Assembly (NCBI RefSeq): GCF_001447785.1
Contig: NW_015171566.1
Location: 3,568-67,567 of the forward strand
Reading direction: 5' to 3'
Length of the DNA: 64,000 bases
Source of the DNA: Gekko japonicus
Taxonomy: Eukaryota
The notes under the pieces were generated by a model. That model was not told where the DNA came from. It saw nothing but the letters and a program-made list of their open reading frames with translations, and did no database searches. A program made the position numbers and the translations under genes. How positions within the stretch are numbered: the stretch's first letter is position 1; every line of letters begins with the position of its first letter. This document shows, piece by piece, positions 43,721 through 55,569 of the stretch.

Positions 43721-46700
43721 TCATTGTTCTGTGTCCCAATGGAACCCAATGGCATCGATCGAAGACCCCGAACGGCCGCTGACAGAGCGCAGAACCGTGT
43801 TTGGGAACGAAGGCTCTGCAGTGAAGAACGTCCCTGGGCCGAAGTTGGGTCCAAAGGCAAAGACGCGGCCTTGGTTGGTGCGGAGGGCGAGATACTCCAC
43901 GTGGCTTCCAAAGCGGCCCAAGACCTGGACGATCCCCTCTCCGAGAAAGAGCCGGACGTTGGCGGGGCTGCCCACCATCCCCCCTTCCGTGCTGGACCAG
44001 GAGTCTCCGTAGCGAACCTGGATGCTAAGTTGGTGAAGGAAAAGACAGTATGATTTAGGGGAGGCATCTTTTCCCGGAGAGAGGCCGAATGTGATTCAAC
44101 CGCAAAAATCAACAGGTTATGCTTCTCCCAATGTAGAGCAGTTATAGGGTTGTTGTTTTTTAAATTATTGTATTCATTCACTTTATTTATACCCCCCTTT
44201 CTCCCCAGGGGGAACCCAAGATAGCTCATATTGTTCTCTTCTCCTCCCTTTAAACCTCATAACACACTGTCTGCAGTGCTTGAAAATCTTTGCATAGGGC
44301 ATTTTGGAAAACACGGCGTATTTCCATAAACTCCTTAGTCCAAACATTGAATGGATTCTATAGGGAGGATCCCTGCCCCCTTTAATCAATCTGAACTCCT
44401 CCTAGTTGTTAGAGCAGGATGTCCAAACACCTGATCAATGAAATGCTTTTTTAAAAGTGAAATTCGGAAACAAGCCTCCATTGGTTTATTTTTAGAGTCT
44501 GAAAGGGTAATGCACCCTCCAAGGAGCTCTCTCTTTGCATTGTCATGGAGGCAGGCTTGATTGGAAAGAGTGACTCATGCAGAGATGTGACAGGCAGCCT
44601 CCATTGAGGGCACATATTTATGCTGTGCCTCTTCATCAGAGGAGATCAAACCATCCAATCGCAAGCAAGGCAGAGCGAGGGCAGAATTACCTTTTCTTCG
44701 GGAAGGCTTAGAAGCAGGCAAGCCTAGAACAACAAATCATGCAGAGATTCTGCAGGTAGCCTCCTCCATGACAGACTATTTGGGGCTTACAGAAAGCTTT
44801 ATAAAATTAATACGTTCCAGAACAGCCCGGGACATGGCCAAACCCCGCTTGTGGCATTACTGCTTCGGAATTGCTCCATTGTGCCACATGTAGAGTGTGA
44901 CGCCCTGAGGGAAGGGTTGGGGGCCCCTATTAATTTAGAGTTACAACAAGCAAGCACATCCCGCCCAGAGACAGAGGGCACATCTTGCCCTTTAAACTAG
45001 GCCCATCCAGTACACTAGTTCAGGGGGCAGGGAGCTGTCCTTAAGGGAGCTCTGATTGGTCAATGGATCCATAAGACTCCACTGACCAGGCCTGTCACTC
45101 TTTGTTCTTTCAAGGGGATCAGGGCGGGTCAGATAAAAACTGACCAATCAGGGACGCTCTCAGAAAAATTGAAGGGCCAGCAAGCCCCAATGAGGTCGTT
45201 GTCCTGCCTCCTTCAAGCCTCTGTGCCCCCCCCCCCCATGTGCCTATTTGGTCTTCCTTAGTCCAATTCAGGAGGAAGTACTGTTGCCAACCTCCAGGTG
45301 GGACCTGGAGATCTCCAAGAATTACCAGTGTTCTCCAGAGAACAGAGACCAGTTCCTGCGGAGAAAATGGCTGCTTTGGAGGAGGGGGGACTGTATGGCG
45401 TTATACTCTGTGGAGGCCCCTCCCTCCCCAGGCCCCTCCCTCCCCAGGTTCCACCCCCAAATCTCCACGAATCCCCCAGCCTGGACCTGACATTCCTAGG
45501 AGGCAGCCATTTTCTGTTAAGAGAGGAATGCAAGATGTGTGTCTTATAATTAATTCCTGCAGCTGGATTATGGAGTTGCCCACTTTGGGCTGGGAAAGTC
45601 CTTGAGGTTGGAGGGTGGTTCCTGGGCAGGGCAGGGCAGGGGTTGGGGAGGGAACTCAGTGGGAGTAGACGGTCACAGAGTCCATCCCCCAAAGCCGCCT
45701 TTCTCTCCAGGGGAACTGATCTCTGTTGCCTGGAGGTCAGTTATAACTCCAGGGTGCCTTCAGACAACCCTGGCTCCAGGGCTCTTTTTGTAGAAAAAGC
45801 CCAGTAGGAACTCATTAGCATAATAGGCCACACCCAACAGCAGGAACTCATTAGCCTATTAGGCCAGACCCCTGATAGCACAGCTCATTAGCATATTAGG
45901 CCGCACCCCCATGTTACCAGAAGTGTGGTCATCCAGCCAAACCCACCTTTTGCTTCTTATTCTGTTGACCTTGTTTGTTGTCAAACCAGGGCTCTTTTTG
46001 TAGCAGGAACTCCTTTGCATGTTAGGCCACACACCCCTAATGTAGCCAATCCTCATGAGTTTCTGCTGTCGGGTGTGGCCTATTATGCTAATGAGTTCCT
46101 GCTGGGCGTGGCCAACTCGGGAGCCAGCCGGAACTCCGTTCCTGTGCGTTCCTGCCCAAAAATAGCCCTGCCTGGCTCTAGCATCATTACAATGGAGGGG
46201 GATAGGGGACAAAACCAGAATTGGTGGGCTCTGCCCACCACTGACTGACCTGCTGTCTGCCCCATCAACCCCACTGGGTACCAGCTAGCTACCACAACTT
46301 CCACCCAACCCCCCGCTGGGGCTCCTGACGTACGGGCCACCCAGGGTCTAAAGCAGTGTTCCCTCTAAGCTGAGTTAGTGTGAGCTAGCTCACAGTTTTT
46401 TAGCCTCCAGCTCACCTATTTTTGTCTTAGCTCAGGAAGGATGGCTCCAGAGCCAACTAATTGATGCAGTAGCCAAATCACTCGCTCACAACTTTAATGG
46501 CAGTTGCTCACAAAGTAGAATTTTTGCTCACAGGACTCCACAGCTTAGAGGGAACATTGGGTCTAAAGGCACACTTACCTTACAATATATCTGTCATTTG
46601 CCCTTATCCTCAGGCCCGTAATGGGACCCTCCAGCTCCTGATCCGATTGGTCAAAATGGCTCCCAGCATCACTTCCAAATTCTCCAGAGTAAGAGGAGGA

Positions 46701-49700
46701 GGCCCTTGTCTGGGCTGGGTTTATAAAGGGAAGATGGCAGGTTATTCAGTCATTTGTAGCTCTGCTCTCCCTCCTGAGTTGCTCTGACACATCCTCTCAC
46801 CTGTTTGGGCCAGTTTGGTATAGTGGTTAAGTGTGTGGACTCTAATCCAGGAGAACCGGGTTTGATTCCCCACTCCCCCACTTGCACCTGGCTGGATGAC
46901 CTTGGGCAAGCCGTAGCTCTGATAAGAGCTGTTCTTGAAAAAGAGCAGTTTCTGTCAGAGCTCTCTCAGCCCCACCTACCGCACAGGGTGTCTGTTGTGG
47001 GGAGGGGAAGGGGAAGGAGTTTGTACGCCGCTCTGAGACACCTTTGGGTAGTGAAGGGCGGGGCATAAATCCAAACTCTTCTTCTTCTTCTTCTCACTCT
47101 CTGTGACTGGTCGTATGCGTAGTAATCTAAAAAATGTATATTTAATCTTGATCTCTCTGTCCTGTCCACGGTGCTGTCTATGACCTTCTTCCAGTGCCCT
47201 ACTGTTTGGGATACCATCTAGGCCAGGGGTGTCGAACTCATTTGTTATGAGGGCCGGATCTGACATAAATGAGACCTTGTTGGGCCGGGCCATGTTTGTC
47301 ATAAAATGTAATGCCAGGTAGCGGAGATATAAACTTTATAAAGGACACAAACACGAAGGGGTTTTTTTAAACTTAAAAACATGCTTAAAACATTAGCACT
47401 CTTGCTCTGAATTATTGCATCAAAATGTCTGTGCTGTTGCAATCTTGACTCAATGTTCCCTCTAAGCTGTGGAGTCTTATGAGCAAAAATTCTACTTTGT
47501 GAGCTCCTGGCATTAAAGTTGTGAGCAAGTGATTTGGCTACTGCATAAATTAGTTTGCTCTGGAGCCATCCGTCCTGGGCTAAGATAAAAATGTGTGAGC
47601 CAGAGGCTAAAAAACTGTGAGCTAGCTCACACTAACTCACTTAGAGGGAACACTGATCTTGAATATGCTGTTCAGGTGTGTATCTGTAAGCTGCAAACCT
47701 ACAATGATGCAGCAGCAGCAGAACTGGAAGAAGAAGCAGAAGACAGCCAGTTCCACTGTGGGCTTGATAGAAGCCCTTAGGGGGCTGCATGTTTGACACC
47801 CCTGATCTAGGCACTGCAGTCTTCTGGAATGATTATAGGCATGGGATCTGATTTTTACCTGCTATTGTTATTTCTTGTTTTACTGTTTTAATTGCCGTTG
47901 TTTTTATGTTGTGAGCCGCCCCCCCTGAGCCCATTTGGGGGGGGGGTATGGCGGGGTATAAATTTAATTCATAAATAAATAAAAGTTGCTTCATAATGAC
48001 AGAATTGCTTCTTGTCAAGCGCTGCGGCTCCTCTGCAAAGCGGCCTTCCAGAGGCCTCTTTCTCTTGGGCCCACATCCAGAGATTTTGTGGAGCACTGCC
48101 TGAAGGCACGTGGAGTGCAGAGGGAATACTTCCTACCGACGCCAATGCTAAACAGCAAAAGGCTAAACACGCCTTGATGAAAAGCACTTGGTAATCGCTT
48201 AAGTCAGGTGCCTGGGAGCGACTGATGTGGTACACCCAGCCCTGCCCGCAAGCCACATGTTAATGTGTTGCCATCAAAGGAGCCCTCCTCCCATAGGGTT
48301 GCCAACTCCAGTTTGGGAAATTCCTGGAGATCTGGAGGAGTGACACCTGGGGAGGGCAGGGGTTTGGGGGTCAGACAGGGACCTCAGCAGGGTGCAGTGC
48401 CAGAGAGTTCCCCCCCTGCGAAGCAGCCCTTTTCTCCAGGGGAAGGGACCTTTGTTGTCTGCCAATGGATTTAAATCCCAGGAGGTCTCCAGGTCCCACT
48501 GGAGGCTGGTGGCCACCCTATTAAAGCTGTGCTGTTAGCGGTGGCCTTGGTGCGGAGACCTTGGCAGGTGACAATATCAGTCATACAAGCCACGAGAAAC
48601 CTCCCCTGCTAATTTCTGCAGATCTGAGTTGCCGCAAAAGGCACAAGAGGGTGTAGGGTTGGGGTTCCTGGTCCTTCGGCAGCCCTAGAGGCAGCGGAGC
48701 ACTTTCGGTTTCAAAACGGGTGTGACTAGGCTGCTGCGGGTGGTGGGGCCAATACACTCCCAGAGGAAGATGAAGAGAAGAGAAAGAAGAGAAGAGACTG
48801 GATTTATACCCCGCCCTTCACTCAGAGTGGCTTACAATCTCCTTTCCCTTCCTGTCCCCACAACAGGCACCCTGTGAGGTAGGCGGGGCTGAGAGAACTC
48901 GGAGAGAACAGCTCATGAGAGAACTGCTCCTGAGAGAATAACTCTGAAGGAACTTGTGACTGACCCAAGGTCACCCAGCAGCTGCATGTGGGGAAGTGGG
49001 GAATCAAACCAGTTCTCCAGAGTAGAGTCCGCCGCTCTTAACCACTACACCAGACCGGCTCTTAAGATCCAGCGCAGGTGGGGAGTAATGTTAAAAAGGC
49101 ACTGGGAAAGGGGAGTGAGAGACAGAGAATAAATAAAACGTTGTGATGGCAGCTGCCGCCAAATCAATGTTATTTTCGTCTGCACAAGCAGCCGGTTCTC
49201 CAGTGGCCAATCAGAAGGTGTACTAGGCAAGAGCTACAGCTGTCCCCGCCCCCCTTTCCGCAAACACTTGGCGAGAGCCAGGTCAGGTGCCGGTGGGACC
49301 AGTATTCTATAGCCTCCATCTAGACTTGAGCCCCAGAGCGACTGGTGAGCACTGCCCTGTGCTGGTGCCACCGCCTCCAATGAGGTCGATTTAATATTGG
49401 TATTTTGGTCTCTGGGTATTTCTTACTTGTCTTAGGGAGCATGAAGCAGGTTGCAGGCCTTGCCTCGGACGCACACACCGGTGCTCCAGGTTGCAAACGG
49501 CCACTACTTTGCTAGGAGGGCTCTTGATCCCTCAATGCACACTGCGCTTGACGGAGGGGAGGGGATGGAGCCCGGGGGCAGGGCAAGTGTGGTTAAGAGG
49601 ACACAGGGTAGTGCCCTGGCCTGGATCGTTCAGGCAAGCCCAGTGGTCTCGCCAGATCTCAGACGTTAAGCAGGGTCGGCTCTAGCAGATATTTGGATGG

Positions 49701-50325
49701 GTGACCTCCATGGAATACCAGCAGTCAGTAGGACAGAGGCAGACTTTTTTTAGCCACCTTGCTGAATAGCCTCCAGGCCCCCAGTAGGGGTCAGTCACCA
49801 GAGGTTGCCATGACTTCAAGGTGCGCGCGCACACACACACACACAGACACACATATGAAAAATACCAAAAATACAAAAAAAAAAGAAGAAGAGGATATGG
49901 GGTAGCAGGTGACAGTTGTATGGCGAATAAAGGTAAAGGTTCCCTTGCTCGAAAGCCAGTCGAGTCCGACTCTAGGGTTGCGGTGCTCATCTCCGTTTCA
50001 AAGCCGAAGAGCCAGCGCTGTCCGAAGACATTTCCATGGTCATGTGGCCAGCATGACTAAACACCAAGGTGCACGGAACGCTGTTACCTTCCCACCGAAG
50101 TGGTACCTATTTATCTCTTTGCAATTTCTTGCTTTCGAACTGTTATATTGGCAGGAGCTGGGACTAGAGATGGGAGCTCACGCCATCATGCGGCACCCGG
50201 GTCTCGAACTGCTGAACTACTGACTTTCCACAGCCTGCAGTTCAGCGTCTTAACCACTTGAGCCAGCACAGCTTCTTGCTGTATGATGAATACTAAATTA
50301 CTATTTGAGTTACTTTGGAACAGTG

Positions 50326-50385
<60 letters not shown>

Positions 50386-51037
50386 GATGCTCTAGGAACA
50401 GAGGTGTCAAACTCATTTGTTATGATGGCTGGATCTGACATAAATGTCACTCTGTCGGGACGGGCCATATGTGCCATAAAATGTAACGCCACGTACCGGC
50501 AGGTACAGGTAAGACACGGGCAAACCCAATGTACAATATTATTTTTTACTCAAAATACAAACAAAAGTCATTGATTCCTAGCAGTGAGAACAATTCATTT
50601 ATTGGGGAACCCACAGAAGCCCCAATAAATGTATTTAATCATATGCAAGACTAGTTTTTCCCCCAAGGGGGTACCATAAAAGGGGAGTTTCTGTCATTTC
50701 TGTACATTTCTGTACATACCAGTTGCTTGCGGGTCGGGTAAGAGCCCTGGACGGGCCAATCTCGGCCCCCGGGCCTTATGTTTGACACCCCTGCTCTCAT
50801 CCCCTATTGAGCCAGGTGGGGAGTCCTGCACTCCTATTTCCCCCCACAATAGGAAAGCTCTGCCCAAGACTTTGGAAGGGCACTGCCAGTTGGCCGCACT
50901 GGGCGACGTAGACCAACAGTTTGACTTGATCAGGGCAACTTCACCAGTTTGTTTGGGGGACACCTGCCCCTTCTCTCCTTACCTGTCCCATCCGATGCTC
51001 CCACCCAGAGGAAGGACAGGAGAAGCAACGTCAGCAT
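43721..51037 (-). CDS. ZG16: Zymogen granule protein 16-like secreted jacalin-type lectin, coding exons 51037-50983 (signal peptide), 46714-46579, 44024-43721; 164 aa
   Basis: MLTLLLLSFLWVGASDGTAQTRASSSYSGEFGSDAG...EGPITGLRIR...SIQVRYGDSWS...GEGIVQVLG...FPNTVLRSVSGRSGSSIDAIGFHWD. GT-AG introns, 495 nt. Candidate non-coding first-exon donor AAG|GTGAGT at 51918/51917. ZG16 vs ZG16B orthology is unresolved. Confidence 0.85.
45777..46170. mobile_element. hAT-like MITE (TIR CAGGGCT) with repeated CTCATTAGCAT units
   Basis: TSD cctggctc (45769-45776/46171-46178). Confidence 0.8.
46808..47093 (+). mobile_element. Squam3-like (gecko) tRNA/CORE SINE; other copies ~9935-10190(-), 27300-28057(-, clustered), 30375-30605(-), 34185-34452(-), 34865-35135(-), 48770-49055(-), 58847-59120(+)
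   Basis: Head gccagtttggt(g/a)tagtggttaag, B-box ggtttgattcccc, cccacctacc(t)cacagggtgtctgttgtgggg, tail gtataaatccaa(TTC)n; many similar copies in the window. The family name is from recall. Confidence 0.8.
49610..49820 (+). mobile_element. 5S rRNA-derived SINE with RTE-like tail; similar decayed copies ~15315-15490, 21320-21512, 55650-55860(-)
   Basis: Decayed 5S-like head (cagatctcagacgttaagcagggtcgg..ttggatgggtgacc) followed by an aaaccacctc..gggtcgcc-type tail. Confidence 0.55.
49929..50273 (-). mobile_element. Sauria SINE (ZG16-like intron)
   Basis: Same family sequence and tail as the other copies. Confidence 0.85.
50329..50382. repeat. (CT)n microsatellite; a (CA)n tract lies at ~18818-18838
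   Basis: Seen directly in the sequence. Confidence 0.95.
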
Positions 51038-52648
51038 CTTGGAGGGTGAAGTCTGGTGGCTCTGGAGACGACAAAACAGTCAAGAGGGGTCTTTCCCCAT
51101 CATCCAGAAAGCAAAGCCACCCGGATCGCATGTCTTCACTTGGCTCGGTGACGGCCACCAGTCACTAAACCAGAAGCACTCAAAGAGAAGGGAAGAGAGC
51201 AAGCAGGATGCCTCCTTTGCTATAATGAAAGGCGCGACATTCATCCAGGCTCTTCCCAAATCCAGGCTGGGGAGAGGCAGCGGAAAGAAGGGACAATTTC
51301 CCTTCTCAAAGGCGATGCTTCAAATAACAGATGCCATGCATCGAGGTGATTTCTAAAGGTTCAAATAAAGATGTAATTTCTAAAAGCAAAATTCTTAGCT
51401 ATTTGGATAAGATACGTGATTTTAAATATCCATTTTAATTGGGGGGGGGCCTTTAAGGTGCCGGCATAAAAGCAGCAGGCATAAGAGTTCTAACAACAAA
51501 GCTAAAGAATCACAAAAAGCCCCACAGCCACTTCCAGCAATGTTTGAAAGCGAAAACTAGATTCCTTTAAGAACAGTCTTGATTCCCTCTCCCCCCAGAG
51601 GCAGGGAAGTTTTCTTTCCCCCCCATTTTGCCTCTGAGACATCTTGAGAGCTGTATTATCTGCACTTTTAATCTTCTGATGTTCAGCTTTGATGAGCCCA
51701 AGTCTCAGTATTTACTTAAATATAAGACTGGGCTGTTTCCCCAGGTATGCCATAAAAAGGCAGTTGTCTTACGTCTGCATACACGTTACAGTTACGTCCA
51801 ATACCAAAACCCTTTTTGTGTATACCATTTGGGGGAGGGCTCATCTTACATTCGAGGCTGTCTTCCTCTCCGAGTCAATATGGCCAATTTCTGCAGCACC
51901 ACCACCATAGAACTCACCTTCCTTAGGGAATGCATCCGGCAATCAACACACAAAGCCGAGGCCTCTCCCTGGTGCGTCTGTTGTTTCGGATGTGCAGGAA
52001 GGCGTTTCAGCCGATCACAAGGGCCGCTTTCAGTCCTGGCCGCTCCCCGATGAAGCGGGGACCTTGTCTTGGAGAAAGTGGCTCCGATTGGCCTGGCAAC
52101 GGACTCTGTAACTTTTTGGAGAAGGCTTATCGTCTTACCTGTCACTGGCAAGGGGGCCGACTCACAGTCCTTCTATTGTGGTCTAATGTTTCATGCTCCT
52201 GGTCAGCATTCAACAAAGAGGGGCATTCAGGTCCAGAAGTCATAGCCACATGGGCAAAGGGTTCCACTCTTGTGTTTTCAACCTGGGCGGGGAGGGGGTG
52301 AAAATGCTCGGCCTCTCCTGCGAGTCCCCGCGAGTCTAAAAGAGGGCTATCCATGTGGGACATCAGTCTGGGACCGGCCAGCCCCGAGCTTCTAGAGGCC
52401 GTCTTTGTGGGCCGCGTTTCTTGATGTCAGTCAGCTGCCCAAGGTACAGGATGAAGACTGGGGGAAAGGCAGCTCTCTACACGGGGCAGGCCGTAGTCCC
52501 CACCAGCTCTTCCCACTGGCCTTTCTTCTTTTGTGCCTTTAACTGAAACTTGACAACCAGAAATGGCAGGGAGTCATTCCCCCCACACACACACACCAAG
52601 ATAAAGTGATGGGGGAAAGTGTAGCCACCTAAGTTTTATATATCTTTG

Positions 52649-53185
52649 CTTTTTTAAAAAAAATTTTAAAAACCATTTTATTAGGATATAATAAACATAG
52701 TCAAATATAGATCACAACTTTTATACTAATACATCATACCCTCCACCCTTTCCCCCCTTCCTGCGCGGCTTCCCACAGTGCTCCAACCTCCTGCTCAATT
52801 CTTAGGTCTTCTTCATCCCCTCTTTTTCTTTTTGATTACACATATCTATAGGTAACTTGTCGCTCTCTATTTAAGTAATGCATCTTAGTCTATTTTTAAT
52901 ATTTGTTAACTTCAGTAATTGTCAAAAGCTAAATAAACCGTCCTTTACATCCCAATTCTTTTCCAAATAGTCTTTAAGATCTTTCCAGTCTGCAAAAAAG
53001 TCCTCTGCTTCCAAATTATTTCGTTTCCTTGTCATTTTGTCCATTTCAACCATAAAAAGTAGTTTCTTAAATCCAATCCCCAACTTCAGGGACTTTGTCT
53101 TGCTTCCAACATTGGGCGTACGTCATTCTGGCCGTTGTGATCATGTACCACATCAATGTCCTTTTTGCCACATTTACTTCTTCCA
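52649..53185 (-). mobile_element. L1-clade LINE 3' fragment
   Basis: Antisense homolog of 53708-54315; 15-bp TSD ttttatatatctttg (52634-52648/53186-53200). Confidence 0.82.
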
Positions 53186-53707
53186 TTTTATATATCTTTG
53201 ATAAAGGTACATACGTACAGCTGCCTTATACTGAATCAGACCGTTGGTCCATCAAAGTCAGTATTTGGATCTCAAGCGCACATCTGCCACATCACCTGCT
53301 ACCTGGTCCTTTCAACAGGAGATGCTGGGGATTGAACCTGGGACCTTCTGCCCGCCAAGCAGATGTTTTACCACTCTGAGCCACGGACACTCCCTAAGGT
53401 ACAGCAGCAATGGACAATGGAGAAAGCTGACAAAACAAAGTCGATTCCTTTGAGATGTGGTGTTGGAGGAGAGTTTTATGGATACCAAGGACTGCCAGAA
53501 AGACAAATAAGTGGGTTCTAGATCAAATTAGGCCTGAACTCTCTCTAGGAGCTACAATTACTAAACTGAGACTATTGTACCTGGTTCGTGTGATGAGAAG
53601 ACAAGATTGACTGGAAAAGATAATAATGCTAGGAAAATTTGAAGGCAGTAGGAAAAGAAGAAGGCCCAACATGAGATGGATAGACTCTGTAAAGGATGCC
53701 ATGGCCT

Positions 53708-54315
53708 ATACATGCAGAAATGGAAAAAATTGTGAAATGTAAGTTCAAGAAAGAACCGGAAATACTACTTTTGGGACTGAAAATGGAAGAAGTCAACATG
53801 GCAAAAAGGACACTGATGTGGTATATGATCATGACTGCCAGAATGACATATGCTCAATGTTGGAAACAAGATAAGGTCCCTGAAATAGGGGAATGGATTA
53901 AAAAATTACTTTTTATGGCTGAAATGGACAAAATGACAAGGAAACTTCATAATTTGGAAGCAGAAGAATTTTTTGCAGGCTGGATAGACTTTAAAGACTA
54001 TTTGGAGAAATACTGGGATGTAAAGGACAATTTACTTTGCTTTGAGAATTATTGAAACTTAAAGGACAGTAGAAAATAGATAAATGTATAAGACTAACAG
54101 TTGAAGGTTAAGTTACCTGTGGATGTGAATAAGGAGATAAGGGAGGTATGGAGAAAATTTAAGAATTGGGCAGGAGGTTGGAGGACTGTGGGAAGCCGAG
54201 AAGGGGGGGGGAAGGGAGGAGGGAAGGATATATAATTGTATAAGTTTTGATATATGTTTGAACATTTCTTTTTAATTATATCCTAATAAATTGGGGGTTT
54301 TTTTGGGGGGGGGGG
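53708..54315 (+). mobile_element. L1-clade LINE 3' fragment inserted in an RTE remnant
   Basis: ORF2-like C-terminus KEPEILLLGL..YMIMTARMTYAQCWKQDKVPEIGEWIKKL..AEMDKMT; AATAAA; 16-bp TSD aaggatgccatggcct (53692-53707/54316-54331). Confidence 0.85.
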
Positions 54316-55142
54316 AAGGATGCCATGGCCTTCAGTTTGCAAGACTTGAGCCGGGCTCCCAATGACGGGACGTTTTAGAGGTAATTTATTCATCAGGTTG
54401 TGGTTAGTTGGAAGCCACTTGAAAGCCCTTTCTCATGTGGGTGGGTGTCCAATAACTGCCTTCCCAAGAAGGATTTTTAAAGGCCAATGATGACATATGA
54501 GGCAGGTTAAGAGCCCTCCGTGACAGAAATACCACTGCAGACAATTTTGCAGAGGCACAGAACTGCCACAGGGTGGCAGCAAACACCATAAAACTGGGCT
54601 GGGTCGTCTTTGTCTGTAGCCGTAGAAAAGAGCCAGAGTCCAGCAGCACCTTAAAGACTGACAACATTTGTGTCAGTGGCAGGGGAGGAGCTTTCATGAG
54701 TCATTGTTCACTTCTTCAGATACAGCTAGGGTGCGACAAAAACGGCATTGTCCCTATTGCTTTAACTATTTAGACCTAGCTGTGTTGTTGGTTTAATCTG
54801 GCAAATCTCAGCCGGCTTTTACAATTGCTCCTGCGGAGTCATATCGCGTTTCCTGTCGTTTCCTTCCAGACTGCCTGCCTGTAATAACAGAGTGAATCTC
54901 GACAGGTAAAACGTAATGGCTGAATATCTCTGTGTTAGGGTTGCTAACTTCCAGGTAGAGGCTGGAGATCGCCGGATGACAGAGATCAGTCCCTGTTGTT
55001 TTGGAAGGTGGGCTCTGTGGCATGATGCTCCACTGAAGCCCCTCTTCTCTCTAAACCCCACCCTCCCGAGGCTTCATTCCCAAATCAGGAATTCCCCAAC
55101 CTGGATATGGCAACTGCACTGTGTGTTGTTCATCTCTTAGAG

Positions 55143-55569
55143 CAGGGGTGTCGAACTCATTTGTTATGAGGGCCAGATCTGACATAAATGAGACCTTGTT
55201 GGGCCGGGCCACGTGTGTCATAAGATGTAATGCCGGGTAGCGGAGATATAAACTTTATAAAGGACACAAACACAAAGATCTTTTTTTACTTAAAATAAAA
55301 ACACGCTTAAAACGTTCGCTCTGTAAAGCTGCAAACCTACTTTTGATTTATTGACATTCGCCACGGAAATCTCATGCTCAGAGTTCTGAGTCTAGGACCC
55401 AGGTTAAAACGTGAAATGGCTGAGTGATTGAGAGAGTCTGGCAAAGCAAGCTATGATGCAGCAGCAGCAGCGGAACTGGAAGCAGGAGGCGGCCAGTTCC
55501 ACTGCGGGCCTGATGGAAGCCCTCTGGGGGCCTGATCCAGCCCCCCGGGCCGCATGTTTGACACCCCTG
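55143..55569. mobile_element. hAT MITE (TIR CAGGGGTGTC(G/A)AAC); related copies 24375-24808, 47224-47804, 50399-50793
   Basis: TSDs tcttagag (55135-42/55570-77), ctctagcc (24367-74/24809-16) and atctaggc (47216-23/47805-12). Confidence 0.88.

Noticed and set aside
48137-49442. Alternative signal-peptide exons for ZG16 (MLPKT + SVFSLLLFSIGV)
   Set aside because: Phase-compatible but superseded by 51037-50983, which has strong splice sites and resembles the ZG16 leader.
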